A stretch of 64,000 bases of DNA from Polyangiales bacterium (lineage in GTDB: Bacteria; Myxococcota_A; Polyangia; Polyangiales; CBDCBC01), in the NCBI GenBank assembly GCA_965214225.1, contig OZ243942.1, positions 1,416,298 to 1,480,297 on the forward strand. Reading direction: 5' to 3'. A program made the position numbers and the translations under genes. Shown here one piece after another: positions 45,524-54,979 of the stretch (the first letter of the stretch is position 1; each line of letters begins with the position of its first letter). The notes beneath the pieces were generated by a model that made no database searches, was not told the origin of the DNA, and saw nothing but the letters and a program-made list of their open reading frames with translations.

Positions 45524-45762
45524 TACTTGTTCTTGTGCGACTTTTCTAACTCGCGGACCTGCGCCCTTAGCTTCCTAACTTCCTGTCGCAAGGCTGATAT
45601 CTCTGACGAAGTGGCGAGTTCAGCATGTGCGGCCAAGCGTCTGGTTGCATTAATAGTCGCACTACGGGCCGTGTAAGCAAGACCCGTCGATGAAGAAACA
45701 ACGGCGGAAGCCTGACTCAGAAGCTTCTCCTTCATGGCACCGACTGCTTTAAGCAGTGTCAC
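45523..45762 (-). CDS. small coiled-coil protein
   Basis: 79 aa ending ISALRQEVRKLRAQVRELEKSHKNK. Its stop codon (45523-45525) overlaps the downstream start codon (45521-45523) by 1 nt, and its start codon overlaps the upstream stop codon in an ATGA arrangement. Confidence 0.45.
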   Translation of the reverse strand: MTLLKAVGAMKEKLLSQASAVVSSSTGLAYTARSATINATRRLAAHAELATSSEISALRQEVRKLRAQVRELEKSHKNK

Positions 45763-46337
45763 TCTTCCTCCGCTAGAAATCCCAAAATGACCTCATCAAG
45801 TGACTTGACGCTCAAGTGCTGAGCGCCGAATGGTGGATGGTTCGCACGTGTTGCTTCCGAGGAAGGCGGTTCAGGCACTGGCCCAACAGCCTGGTGGGGA
45901 ACTTGAGCATCATAAGGAATTTGAGCATCTACGTGCGTTGGGCTTGGGGCATGTTCGGCCAGTGGCTGGGATCCCGCCGAAGACTGGGGCCGCACCGACG
46001 ATTGCCGAGCGGTGCGCTCTTTTACGTGCACACCCGTAACCTGCTCCTGCTGGGCAGGTGGTCGGGCTAGCTCTTCGTACTGCCCACGCGTTAGCGCCAG
46101 TAGCATCGCCTTGTGCTGAGACTTCATCAGCCCTTTGACGCTGGCTCGGTAATCCAACTCGCTTAATTTCTCGGCATAGCTGCTCTTACGCGTGGCGATG
46201 ATGCGCCCACCATCAACGTAGAGGTGGGTCGTGACATGGGGACGGTTCACTCCGGAGTCTTCAGTTTGCACGTGGTACAGGCGCCCCTGATGGCGAATGT
46301 TGGTATTGTACCCTACCAGTGGCGACGGACACCCCAT
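45759..46337 (-). CDS. conserved hypothetical protein (YHVQTEDSG-motif N-terminal domain)
   Basis: GYNTNIRHQGRLYHVQTEDSGVNRPHVTTHLYVDGGRIIATRKSSY looks like a folded domain, followed by a Pro/Gln-rich tail. I recall similar motifs in myxobacterial proteins but cannot name the family. The start is uncertain (46337 or 46409). Confidence 0.5.
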   Translation of the reverse strand: MGCPSPLVGYNTNIRHQGRLYHVQTEDSGVNRPHVTTHLYVDGGRIIATRKSSYAEKLSELDYRASVKGLMKSQHKAMLLALTRGQYEELARPPAQQEQVTGVHVKERTARQSSVRPQSSAGSQPLAEHAPSPTHVDAQIPYDAQVPHQAVGPVPEPPSSEATRANHPPFGAQHLSVKSLDEVILGFLAEEE

Positions 46338-46506
46338 CCGCGTAAGTTTAGCACACACGGCAGCTGAAGACGCAAGGTCGCGCAACCGGCGCAGGCACCA
46401 ACGCGTCACGTACTGCGCCGCCGCCTCCCTGACGAGCCAATCTGACTCCCTTGTCTTTCCAATCGCTACCGGTTGTGCATCTGATTGAGCAGGCTAAAGT
46501 GCGACC

Positions 46507-47529
46507 ATGAGTTCTTCCAGCGTACGGCCCTTGCGAGCTCGCGCGGGGGCAGCCTTCACGTGCCACAATGACGGCCTGTGTTGCACAAGTGTCCACCTCC
46601 TAGGTCCTCTGACACGGCGCGAGAAAGCAACTGTAGGAGCGATTTCCACCGATGCTGTTTATACGCCGGAGGATGAAGACGATGCGATGCTTCAAGTCAC
46701 ACCAAAGGAGCGGTGCGTGTTTAGGCAGAACAATCTATGCCAACTGCATGCTGCTTTCGGAACCGCCGTCAAACCTTCTGGGTGTCAGCGATTTCCATTC
46801 GGGCTCGTAGCGACCCCGCGAGGGGGACGCATCACCACGCAGCATCGGTGCCCTTGCCGCACCATGGGAATAAGAGAACCTGTTACACCCGCCTCTGCCT
46901 GGGAGTCTCTCTCGCTGGGGCGACGGCTGCAGGCAAACGACCGGCTGGAAGGCAAGGTCCGCCTGCGCCGACGCACCTACGTAACTTTTGCACGCTACGA
47001 ACAGCTCGAGAGCGAGCTTTTGAGCGAGCTTCAGCACCGACGCGATCCCGCGGCTACGCTTAGATCAAAACCTCTCCCTGCGCTACGCGATTCCAGTTGG
47101 CTCAGTGTGGCGGAGGAGCTGGCAGACGAGCCGGATAGCAGTGGTTTTAGCGCCGCTCTTCTATGGTTTGCGTACGCGCTCACAAAGCTCGAGCGGAAGC
47201 GGACGCGTGCGCCTGATTGGCGACCATGGGAGGCTTCCTTTAGTCGGGCAGAAGCGCGCTCACCTCGGCAAGATCCCACTGCACTGATGGCGGACTGGCT
47301 CTCAGACCAGATCTGGAGCTTGGATTGGAAGAACCGAGGCTCCTTTGCGAGAGCTAGAACGGAGTCTGCGACCCTTCATGCGATTGCGCTTACCCTTGCC
47401 AAGTACCTGGCGCGGAAGGATACGCGAGAAGATAGAGCCGCCGCCGAGGCGATTAGCATCACCGAGCTTGTTGCGTCGTCCCCCGTCTGGCATGAGGTAG
47501 TCAAGCGGATGGAAATAGCCGACGCGTGA
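46507..47529 (+). CDS. YkgJ/FliB-type Cys-cluster (putative Fe-S/zinc) protein
   Basis: FTCHNDGLCCTSV ... ERCVFRQNNLCQLHAAFGTAVKPSGCQRFPF matches the CxxCxxCC-family pattern. Confidence 0.55.
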   Translation: MSSSSVRPLRARAGAAFTCHNDGLCCTSVHLLGPLTRREKATVGAISTDAVYTPEDEDDAMLQVTPKERCVFRQNNLCQLHAAFGTAVKPSGCQRFPFGLVATPRGGRITTQHRCPCRTMGIREPVTPASAWESLSLGRRLQANDRLEGKVRLRRRTYVTFARYEQLESELLSELQHRRDPAATLRSKPLPALRDSSWLSVAEELADEPDSSGFSAALLWFAYALTKLERKRTRAPDWRPWEASFSRAEARSPRQDPTALMADWLSDQIWSLDWKNRGSFARARTESATLHAIALTLAKYLARKDTREDRAAAEAISITELVASSPVWHEVVKRMEIADA

Positions 47530-47533
47530 CGCG

Positions 47534-48133
47534 ATGAAGCTCAAAGTGCATCGAAGTGCGGACATAGCGAGGGCCGCTATATACTCCTCTTTTAGACGGA
47601 TCCGGACGCGGGCCAGGGACCTGCCCCTGGTGGAACGCATTGCTCAAGCGACGCGGGATTGGTCGTGTGTGCGCATCCCGCAAGCTGCGCTTCAGCATGC
47701 ACTGTCGGAAACCCGAGAGTGGGAAGACGCAACCCTCTCCATCGGAACGATTGGGGTCAGTGTCCAAAGCGGCACACACTCCTTCACACTCACCCCGCAG
47801 GAACCCAAGTTCGCAACACGAGGCGCCAAGGAGGTAAGCTTCCTAGTAACGTCTTCTGACACGAGCTGCCACCGCCTTGCCAAGCATGTGACCTCCATTC
47901 TCGGAGGTCTGATTGCTCAGGCGACGTGGCCTCCCCTCTTCGCCTCCTCCCGCCATACGCCCGAAGCAATTGCCGAGCTCGGTCAGGGGGTGGCTCGATG
48001 CGACCTGAGGTCAGCCCGAGCTAGCGTCAGCGCAAATGCCGCCTTTGTGCTACAGGAGAGCATCGGGCTTCGGGAGATCCGCGTCGCGGATGGGTGCTTG
48101 ATTTTGAAGCGGTCGATAGGTACATACCGCTAA
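47534..48133 (+). CDS. hypothetical protein
   Basis: 199-aa ORF starting 5 nt after the previous stop. I recognise no family. Confidence 0.4.
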   Translation: MKLKVHRSADIARAAIYSSFRRIRTRARDLPLVERIAQATRDWSCVRIPQAALQHALSETREWEDATLSIGTIGVSVQSGTHSFTLTPQEPKFATRGAKEVSFLVTSSDTSCHRLAKHVTSILGGLIAQATWPPLFASSRHTPEAIAELGQGVARCDLRSARASVSANAAFVLQESIGLREIRVADGCLILKRSIGTYR

Positions 48134-48260
48134 AGGAGCAGTCACCACGAGTCGTAACGGGGCACGAGAGATTTGCTTCCACTGCACCGTTCCGGCCCTA
48201 CGTTTCGAGCGCCTCCCACTCTCTACCTTTCGGCCCCACTCCACCTCTCAGATCACGCGC

Positions 48261-48992
48261 ATGACCCAAAGTCAGAGCAACCCATCGAAGGCAGCCGCTG
48301 CTCAGGGCATGAGCGGCGCCCCAAGCTCGCAGCGCGTTGCTGAAGCACGACCGTTATACCAGTTCCTAATCCTCTATTGCGCATTAGCCATCGCTTTTCG
48401 TATTCTGCTCTTCGAGAATTTTGAGATCGAGGGCGCCTCAATGGAGCCCACGCTTCTTAACGGCGACCGGGTGGTGGTCGCAAAATATCCTTACGGGCTG
48501 TTCCTGCCCTTCACCAAGCAGGCCCTGGTGAATTGGGGGAAGCCAAACCCAGGTTCTGTCGTCATTGTGAAGAGCCCTGCCGACGACGTGGATATTGTCA
48601 AGCGTGTCATCGGAGTTGAGGGTGATGTAATCGAAGTGCGACAGAACGTCGTGTACCGCAATGGACAGCCTCTTAGTCGGAAAGCCGCTTACGCGTGTAA
48701 GGCCACAAAGATGGAACCCTGGGACCCCGATTGCCGGTGGACGCGCGAGAAGCTTGAAGGGCATCACTACCAAGTAAGCCGCTCCCTCATGAGCATGGAT
48801 CAAGATGTGCCTCCCACGAAAGTTCCACCGCAGCACATCTACGTGATGGGCGACCACCGCGACAGCTCCAACGACAGTCGCATCATAGGTCCTGTGCCTA
48901 TTAATCGAGTCAAAGGAAAAAGCCTGGTCATCTATTGGTCGCACGACGCCTCCGGAGCACGTTGGCACCGGATGTTCAGTCAGGTAGACTAG
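48261..48992 (+). CDS. lepB: signal peptidase I
   Basis: The catalytic Ser box is GASMEPTL, followed by VKRVIGVEGD and GDHRDSSNDSR. Confidence 0.92.
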   Translation: MTQSQSNPSKAAAAQGMSGAPSSQRVAEARPLYQFLILYCALAIAFRILLFENFEIEGASMEPTLLNGDRVVVAKYPYGLFLPFTKQALVNWGKPNPGSVVIVKSPADDVDIVKRVIGVEGDVIEVRQNVVYRNGQPLSRKAAYACKATKMEPWDPDCRWTREKLEGHHYQVSRSLMSMDQDVPPTKVPPQHIYVMGDHRDSSNDSRIIGPVPINRVKGKSLVIYWSHDASGARWHRMFSQVD

Positions 48993-48995
48993 GTT

Positions 48996-50522
48996 GTGAC
49001 TAGACACGCGCGCGGACGCCCGAGAAAGAGCAGCGACCTCACAGCCGAGCGTTTGGCAGACGAGGTGGGGACACTCTATAAATCGAGTGCCGAACGCGTG
49101 GCACTGACCTACCCCAGCCCCTACCACGTGGGGATGTCGTCGCTCGGTTTCCAGACGCTGTACCGTGAGATCAATGCTAACTCACACCGCGCTGCCGAAC
49201 GTGCCTTTCTACCCGATAAGGGCCAAGCAACTCAGGTGCTACGCACCTACGAGACGCGGAGCGATGTCAGTGGATTTCCTGTTGTTGCTCTATCAGTGGC
49301 CTACGAGCTGGAGCTCGCTGGCGTCATTCAAGTACTTGAACTTGCCGGGATTCATCCACTAGCTCGGGAGCGTCGCCGGGGAGACCCCTTCATCCTAGCT
49401 GGGGGTCCGCTCACCTTCTCAAACCCGTTGCCTCTAGCGCCTTTCGTTGACGCTATTCTTCTTGGTGAGGCCGACGAAACGATTCATCAGGTGCTGGACA
49501 TCATTTTTCAGGAGGCCGATCCCAGGGCTAGGCTGGAGCGATTGGCGAACGAGGTCACGTCGTGCTTTGTGCCTTCACTGCACGGCGACAAGCTCCCCTC
49601 GATGGGCCTCTGTAGCAAGGAAAAGCTGCCAGCGTACAGTCAGATACGCACGCCGAATACTGAGCTCCGAAACATGTTTCTTATTGAAGCTGAGCGCGGC
49701 TGCTCGCGGGGGTGCGCCTATTGTGTGATGCGTCGTTCCACGAACGGAGGCATGCGGATAGTGCCCGCGGAGCGAATATTGGAGCTCACACCAAAAGAGG
49801 CGCCGCGGGTCGGATTGGTAGGCGCTGCTGTCAGCGACCACCCGAAGATCGCTCAGATCGTCTCAACGCTCGCTGATCGAGGGCATGGTGTGGGCCTCTC
49901 CTCGCTTCGTCCTGATCGGCTCACCGATGAGTTTGTCGGTGCACTCTGCAAAGCGGGTTATAAAACGCTTACCACCGCTAGCGACGGTTCAAGCCAACGC
50001 GTACGGAACATGCTCGAGCGGAGAGCGAAGGAGAAACACCTGCTGCGCGCTGCCGAACTGGCGCGACAGCACAAAATGAAACGTCTCAAGCTGTACATGA
50101 TGGTGGGTCTTCCCACCGAAGGTGATGAAGACATCGATGAGCTTGTGCAGTTTACGACCGAAATCTCGCAGCTCATCCCACTTTCTCTGGGCATAGCGCC
50201 GTTTGTAGCAAAGCGTAACACCCCCCTTGACCGCACCCCTTTCGCCGGTATTGAGCGCGTCGACTACCTGCTAAGCCGTCTTCGTTCCGGAGTGAAGGGG
50301 CGGGTAGACATCCGCTCCACAAGCGCCCGCTGGGCGTGGGTTGAGTACAAACTCGCTCAAGGGGGGCGTGCTGAGGGTGAGGCTGTTCTAGCTGCGGTGA
50401 AGAAGGGCGGGATGTTCCGCCACTGGAAGGATGCTCTTGATGCGGCTTCCAATTCATCGCCCACACGGCACCTCAAGGTGCTCGACGCGGACCGCTCAGG
50501 CCTGACACACGCGGCTTCGTGA
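48996..50522 (+). CDS. radical SAM protein with an N-terminal B12-binding-like domain
   Basis: The CxxxCxxC motif is present in ERGCSRGCAYCVM. The N-terminus RVALTYPSPYHVGMSSLGFQTLY is typical of this widespread radical SAM subfamily. It starts at GTG, 3 nt after the lepB stop. Confidence 0.85.
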   Translation: MTRHARGRPRKSSDLTAERLADEVGTLYKSSAERVALTYPSPYHVGMSSLGFQTLYREINANSHRAAERAFLPDKGQATQVLRTYETRSDVSGFPVVALSVAYELELAGVIQVLELAGIHPLARERRRGDPFILAGGPLTFSNPLPLAPFVDAILLGEADETIHQVLDIIFQEADPRARLERLANEVTSCFVPSLHGDKLPSMGLCSKEKLPAYSQIRTPNTELRNMFLIEAERGCSRGCAYCVMRRSTNGGMRIVPAERILELTPKEAPRVGLVGAAVSDHPKIAQIVSTLADRGHGVGLSSLRPDRLTDEFVGALCKAGYKTLTTASDGSSQRVRNMLERRAKEKHLLRAAELARQHKMKRLKLYMMVGLPTEGDEDIDELVQFTTEISQLIPLSLGIAPFVAKRNTPLDRTPFAGIERVDYLLSRLRSGVKGRVDIRSTSARWAWVEYKLAQGGRAEGEAVLAAVKKGGMFRHWKDALDAASNSSPTRHLKVLDADRSGLTHAAS

Positions 50523-50528
50523 GCGTGA

Positions 50529-52496
50529 ATGGCGTCACTCGGCCGAATCCCGATCGTGGAGCACACGGTGCATCGAATCGCGTTTCACACGCTTGCTGCG
50601 GCATCAACATTTTCCCTCTTTGCCTTAGGGGTGCAGCTTAGTTTCCTCCCAAAGCTCTCTCAGATCATTTCTTCCAATCAGTTGCCGATGGTCGACCGCA
50701 CCCGCTTGGTCGCGGTTGCAATGGGGTACAGCGCTCTTTGCATGGCTGGTGTTGCGACGGTCTCGCGTCGCGTCGAGCTTCGCAGTAACAGCGTCTCAGT
50801 CACTCATGTGCTGCGCGACACGGCGTCCTTCTTTCGACCTCTTGCTTTACTGGCGTGGCTCCCAACTCTTCTGAAATGGGATGTTCAAAGCGTTGAGCTT
50901 GTAGCTGCACTCGTCTTTGTGGCTTATGGATGGGCGCTCCTGACAACGTGTCATGTGGCTTTGGTGGCCGTGCCGACGAGCAGCTGGACTCCGCGGCGGG
51001 TGCCGCCAATCGTCTCACGACACCTGCCACTTACCTTGCTGTGCACGCTGACCGTGGGGTTTGCAACCTACTTCACTCACTTCTCGCATCTCCACCACCT
51101 ACGTCTACAGACCCACAGCTTTGACCTCGCCATCTTCGACAACCTCTTCTGGAACCTGCTCCACAACAAGCCATTCAAGGCTTCGCCTGTTCTTGGGCCC
51201 GAAGGCAGTCACCTCCAATTCCACGCGACGTTCCTTGCCTATGTCTTCCTTCCTCTGTATCGGCTTAGGCCAGGTGCAGAGACGCTTCTGGTGATTCAAT
51301 CGTGTGTATCAGCTGCAGCTCTTCCAGCGGCCTACCTCTACAGCCGCGGTCGTGGCTGTTCACCTTGGCTTGCGCTCGGCTTCGCAGCGGCCTTTGCACT
51401 TTTGCCCGCCGCTCATGGGCCGCTGTTCTACGACTTTCATTTCCTCACGTTAGCCGCACCGTTCGTCATCTTCTGCCTGTGGGCTCTGGAGTGTGGCTCG
51501 CTTGCCGCATTCTGCCTCGCTTGGCTCTTCGCGGTCTTGCTTCGTGAGGATGTCAGTGCTGGACTCTTCTGCGCCGCGCTGTTTTACCTCACGCGGCGTG
51601 AGCATCTGGCACGCGCAACTGCTCTTGCCTGCGCTTCTTTGCTCTACTTCGGTGCAGTGAAGTTCGTCGTGATGCCGCTCTTTAGCCCCTCAAACTCCGC
51701 GACATTTACCCACTACTACAACGGCTTCTTGCCCGAAGGGCAATCGGGCTTTGCCGCTATGGTGCTCACCCTGTTCACCAATCCACTTTTCGCAGTGAAG
51801 ACCATCTTCACCCGTGAAAAATGCCTCTACCTTGTGTTGCTCTTCGGCCCCTTCCTCGGCTTGAGCTTGAAACGCTGCAGCGCTCTCCTGCTCTTCATGT
51901 TTCCCGCCTTGGCCACTTTGCTCGCTCCACATTACCCCCCGCTCTCCCAAATCAGCTTCCAGTACACCTACCTATGGATTCCTTACATCTTTCTAGCGGC
52001 TGTTGTGACTGTTACGGAATCGCGGCTGTCGCTACCATACCGCACCGCAGCTGTCGCTTCCCTCTGCGTGACCTCTCTGCTCTTTGGCTTCACGTGGGGC
52101 GCTTACTCGCGCGACGAGCCTTTCCGCGGAGGATTCCGCACGGTGGGTTTCTCCATCACAGACGGCGAGCGAGAGCGGCACAAGCAGCTTCACACCCTCA
52201 TCGGACTCATTCCGGTCACCGCTTCTGTTGCCGCCACAGAAACCGAGGCAGCTCATGTGTCTACCCGCGAGGACATCTTCACCTTCCGCTTCGGGCATCA
52301 AGACGCTGACTATCTTTTGGTCAACGCTGACGAGGCCCGCCATCTTCCAAGCAAGAAGGTCATGCACGATGCGCTACGCAGTGGCAAGTACGGCCTTTTG
52401 GAACGGCAAGGAGACTTCCTTCTGTGGAAGCGCGGAGCGTCAACTGCGAAGAATCCGGAGGGACTAGCAGCTCTTAGGTTGCGTGAGGTGAGGTAG
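50529..52496 (+). CDS. DUF2079 family polytopic membrane protein (putative GT-C-like)
   Basis: HSFDLAIFDNLFWNLLHNKPFKASPVLGPEGSHLQFHATFLAYVFLPLY is the DUF2079 signature. There are many TM helices and a soluble C-terminal domain. Confidence 0.8.
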   Translation: MASLGRIPIVEHTVHRIAFHTLAAASTFSLFALGVQLSFLPKLSQIISSNQLPMVDRTRLVAVAMGYSALCMAGVATVSRRVELRSNSVSVTHVLRDTASFFRPLALLAWLPTLLKWDVQSVELVAALVFVAYGWALLTTCHVALVAVPTSSWTPRRVPPIVSRHLPLTLLCTLTVGFATYFTHFSHLHHLRLQTHSFDLAIFDNLFWNLLHNKPFKASPVLGPEGSHLQFHATFLAYVFLPLYRLRPGAETLLVIQSCVSAAALPAAYLYSRGRGCSPWLALGFAAAFALLPAAHGPLFYDFHFLTLAAPFVIFCLWALECGSLAAFCLAWLFAVLLREDVSAGLFCAALFYLTRREHLARATALACASLLYFGAVKFVVMPLFSPSNSATFTHYYNGFLPEGQSGFAAMVLTLFTNPLFAVKTIFTREKCLYLVLLFGPFLGLSLKRCSALLLFMFPALATLLAPHYPPLSQISFQYTYLWIPYIFLAAVVTVTESRLSLPYRTAAVASLCVTSLLFGFTWGAYSRDEPFRGGFRTVGFSITDGERERHKQLHTLIGLIPVTASVAATETEAAHVSTREDIFTFRFGHQDADYLLVNADEARHLPSKKVMHDALRSGKYGLLERQGDFLLWKRGASTAKNPEGLAALRLREVR

Positions 52497-52517
52497 TGTC
52501 TCTTCTTGGCCAAACCC

Positions 52518-53291
52518 TCAGCAACCACCCGCTACAGGTGACGCTACACACCACCACGAGAGGCCGGGCACTGCGCTCCCAAACCTGGCAAGGCTTCTAG
52601 AGACGCGTCCTTCGGCGTTCAAGATGCCGGTGACGAGCGCATGTCCAGCGGCACCTCCATTCCAGGCTAGGCCCGCCTCTTTCACCTCAGGTGCACTGCC
52701 GATCTTCTCGATCAGCACGCTAAGAGCTCGTGGCAGAAGAAGCGAGTGAAAGGCGTATCCCGACTGGAGCACCTCCAGACCACATGAGGTCACAAGCTGC
52801 TTTGCCTGCTGCCCACTGTACCGGCGGTAGTGCTTAAGCGCTGTGTCGTGGGAGCTGTAGAGCCACTGCCATGCCGGCACGGTGATGAGCATGCGGCTCT
52901 CACCGTTCAAGCACTGACCGACAACGTGCGTTAGCAAGGCTCGGTCGTCATCCACATGCTCAAGCACATCCAGCATCAAGACGAGGTCGTGCTTGCCAAG
53001 GCCAGCAAGGTCTCTAGCAAAGGCGAGCGTCGAGGGACGACGGTGGCGCAGCGAGGCCATGACCTCTTCATCGTAATGTGCGTCGACGCAGGTCGTCATC
53101 GAGCCGGGAAATTGCCGCGATAGCTGCTCGGCAAACCATGCATCTCCCGCGCCAATGTCCAACACCTTCAGGTTCCGCTTGCCTTTGAGGTAGCTTTTTA
53201 GAACTGCGCTAAAGTAGGTAAGGCGCGCTTCCTCCCAAGGGTGCCGTAGCCATGGGTCTTCTCCTTGTCGCTCTCTAAGATCCATGTTCAA
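52518..53291 (-). CDS. class I SAM-dependent methyltransferase
   Basis: Motif I is VLDIGAGDAWFA. The later LVLMLDVLEHV is typical of the Methyltransf_11/23 type. Confidence 0.85.
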   Translation of the reverse strand: MNMDLRERQGEDPWLRHPWEEARLTYFSAVLKSYLKGKRNLKVLDIGAGDAWFAEQLSRQFPGSMTTCVDAHYDEEVMASLRHRRPSTLAFARDLAGLGKHDLVLMLDVLEHVDDDRALLTHVVGQCLNGESRMLITVPAWQWLYSSHDTALKHYRRYSGQQAKQLVTSCGLEVLQSGYAFHSLLLPRALSVLIEKIGSAPEVKEAGLAWNGGAAGHALVTGILNAEGRVSRSLARFGSAVPGLSWWCVASPVAGGC

Positions 53292-53341
53292 CGATCAGAG
53301 GTCTTCTAGCACGACACGAACTGGTCGAAAAGCTTGAAGAA

Positions 53342-54196
53342 TTGAAGGGGCATATTACTCTCTACACCGTGAAGGGAAAACTGACCGAGCTAGACACCTA
53401 CTCAACTACGCTTGTCGTTCCTTGTTACAACGAATCCAAACGCCTCTCCATCGGCGACTTCGCAGAATCGCTCGAGCTCTACACATGGCTCCGACTCGTC
53501 CTCGTCGACGACGGAAGTCAGGACACCACAATCGAGGTACTTCGGGCGATTCGTGCTGAAGCGCCCGAACGCGTGCAGGTGCTTCGTCTACCAGCTAATC
53601 TCGGCAAAGCTGAGGCAGTCCGCGCTGGGATGCAGAAGGCCCTTGAGTCGGAAACCTGTCTAGTGGGGTACATGGACGCTGACCTTGCAACGCCGCTGTC
53701 TGAAGTAGCCCGTCTTCGACGCTGCGCTCTGGAGCAGAATGCGGATGCTGTTATAGGCTCGCGCATTCGTCTCCTTGGCAACCACGTTGAGCGAAGCTTT
53801 CTGCGACACCTCATAGGACGGCTGTTTGCCACGTCCGCCAGCCTAACCCTTGGATTTCCGGTCTACGACACGCAGTGCGGTGCAAAGCTCTTTCGCGTCA
53901 ACGAATCACTCCCAACTCTGTTCGCCGAGCCCTTCATCTCACGATGGATCTTTGATGTTGAACTGCTCGCACGGCTGGCCTCCCGCACCAGTCCGACCGC
54001 TGTTTCTCTCATTGAAGTTCCTCTCCAACAGTGGCGCGACGTGAGTGGCTCTAGAGTCAGACCTCCTGATCTGATTCGCGCGTCGTTCGAACTGCTGAGG
54101 ATCTTTCGCCGTTATCGGCTACATACGTCCACGAGATGGGAAGATGTGGGTGGGAGATTCACGGACAGGGCTCCGCGAGGCATCCATGGACAGTGA
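53342..54196 (+). CDS. family 2 glycosyltransferase (polyprenyl-phosphate sugar transferase-like)
   Basis: Motifs VVPCYNES, LVDDGSQDTT, YMDADLATP and the QCGAKLF region. The start is uncertain (TTG 53342 or GTG about 53369). Confidence 0.85.
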   Translation: MKGHITLYTVKGKLTELDTYSTTLVVPCYNESKRLSIGDFAESLELYTWLRLVLVDDGSQDTTIEVLRAIRAEAPERVQVLRLPANLGKAEAVRAGMQKALESETCLVGYMDADLATPLSEVARLRRCALEQNADAVIGSRIRLLGNHVERSFLRHLIGRLFATSASLTLGFPVYDTQCGAKLFRVNESLPTLFAEPFISRWIFDVELLARLASRTSPTAVSLIEVPLQQWRDVSGSRVRPPDLIRASFELLRIFRRYRLHTSTRWEDVGGRFTDRAPRGIHGQ

Positions 54197-54979
54197 TGCG
54201 GGCCCTTGCTTAAGCTTTCGCATCGCCCGGAGGTATTCGAGCGATAGAGGTAGGACCCTCACTCGGCTGTCAGCAGAGTCTGTCCAACGGACGGGGAGCT
54301 CTAATAAAGAGAGACCTTCCCTCTCTGCAACCACCACCAGCTCAGCAGGAAGAAACCAGCCGTCACTGACGGCGCCTTGACGCAGCAGAAATGGCAGGCA
54401 CCTGCGTCGAAAAAACTTAAATCCGCAAGTGACGTCAGATACTCTCGTTCGCAAATAGAGTCTAAGCACACTGTTGAGGCTTCTGGAGATGAATTCCCGT
54501 TTAGCAGAGCGTCCTCGAACCTGTGAATCCGCATGCAGCCTCGTTCCGTAAACTACATCCGCTCCGTCAACGAAGATGGCCGGTAGAGCTTGACGTAGGT
54601 GGTCAAGATCCGTGGCAAGGTCGAGGTCCATGTAGCCGACGACGTCGGCGTGAGACGCAGACCAGGCCTTCTTTAAAGCGAGACCCACGCCAGCCTTATC
54701 GGTGCGCTGATAAACCACGCGCGAAAGTTCCTCCGCCAAACTCTTTCCAATTGCGGGGGTTGAGTCTGCAGAGCCGTTGTCGGCAATGGTTACCTGCCAC
54801 GCCTGACTGGGCGGATAGCTTGTGTGCAGGAAGCAGACGAGCTCAACAATTTTCTCGCGGAGCTCCCTCTCTTCGTTGAGGACAGGAACTACGATCTCAA
54901 ACGAGCCCAGAGTTGGCTCGTGCTTGGGAAGTCGCGGGCGCTTGGCTGAAGCCGGCTCGAAGCTGCTGGTTACGTCCAT
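54119..54979 (-). CDS. family 2 glycosyltransferase (polyprenyl-phosphate sugar transferase-like)
   Basis: Motifs VVPVLNEE, IADNGSADST, YMDLDLATD and TCGFKFF. Its start overlaps the nuoN stop by 10 nt. Confidence 0.85.
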   Translation of the reverse strand: MDVTSSFEPASAKRPRLPKHEPTLGSFEIVVPVLNEERELREKIVELVCFLHTSYPPSQAWQVTIADNGSADSTPAIGKSLAEELSRVVYQRTDKAGVGLALKKAWSASHADVVGYMDLDLATDLDHLRQALPAIFVDGADVVYGTRLHADSQVRGRSAKREFISRSLNSVLRLYLRTRVSDVTCGFKFFRRRCLPFLLRQGAVSDGWFLPAELVVVAEREGLSLLELPVRWTDSADSRVRVLPLSLEYLRAMRKLKQGPASLSMDASRSPVRESPTHIFPSRGRM

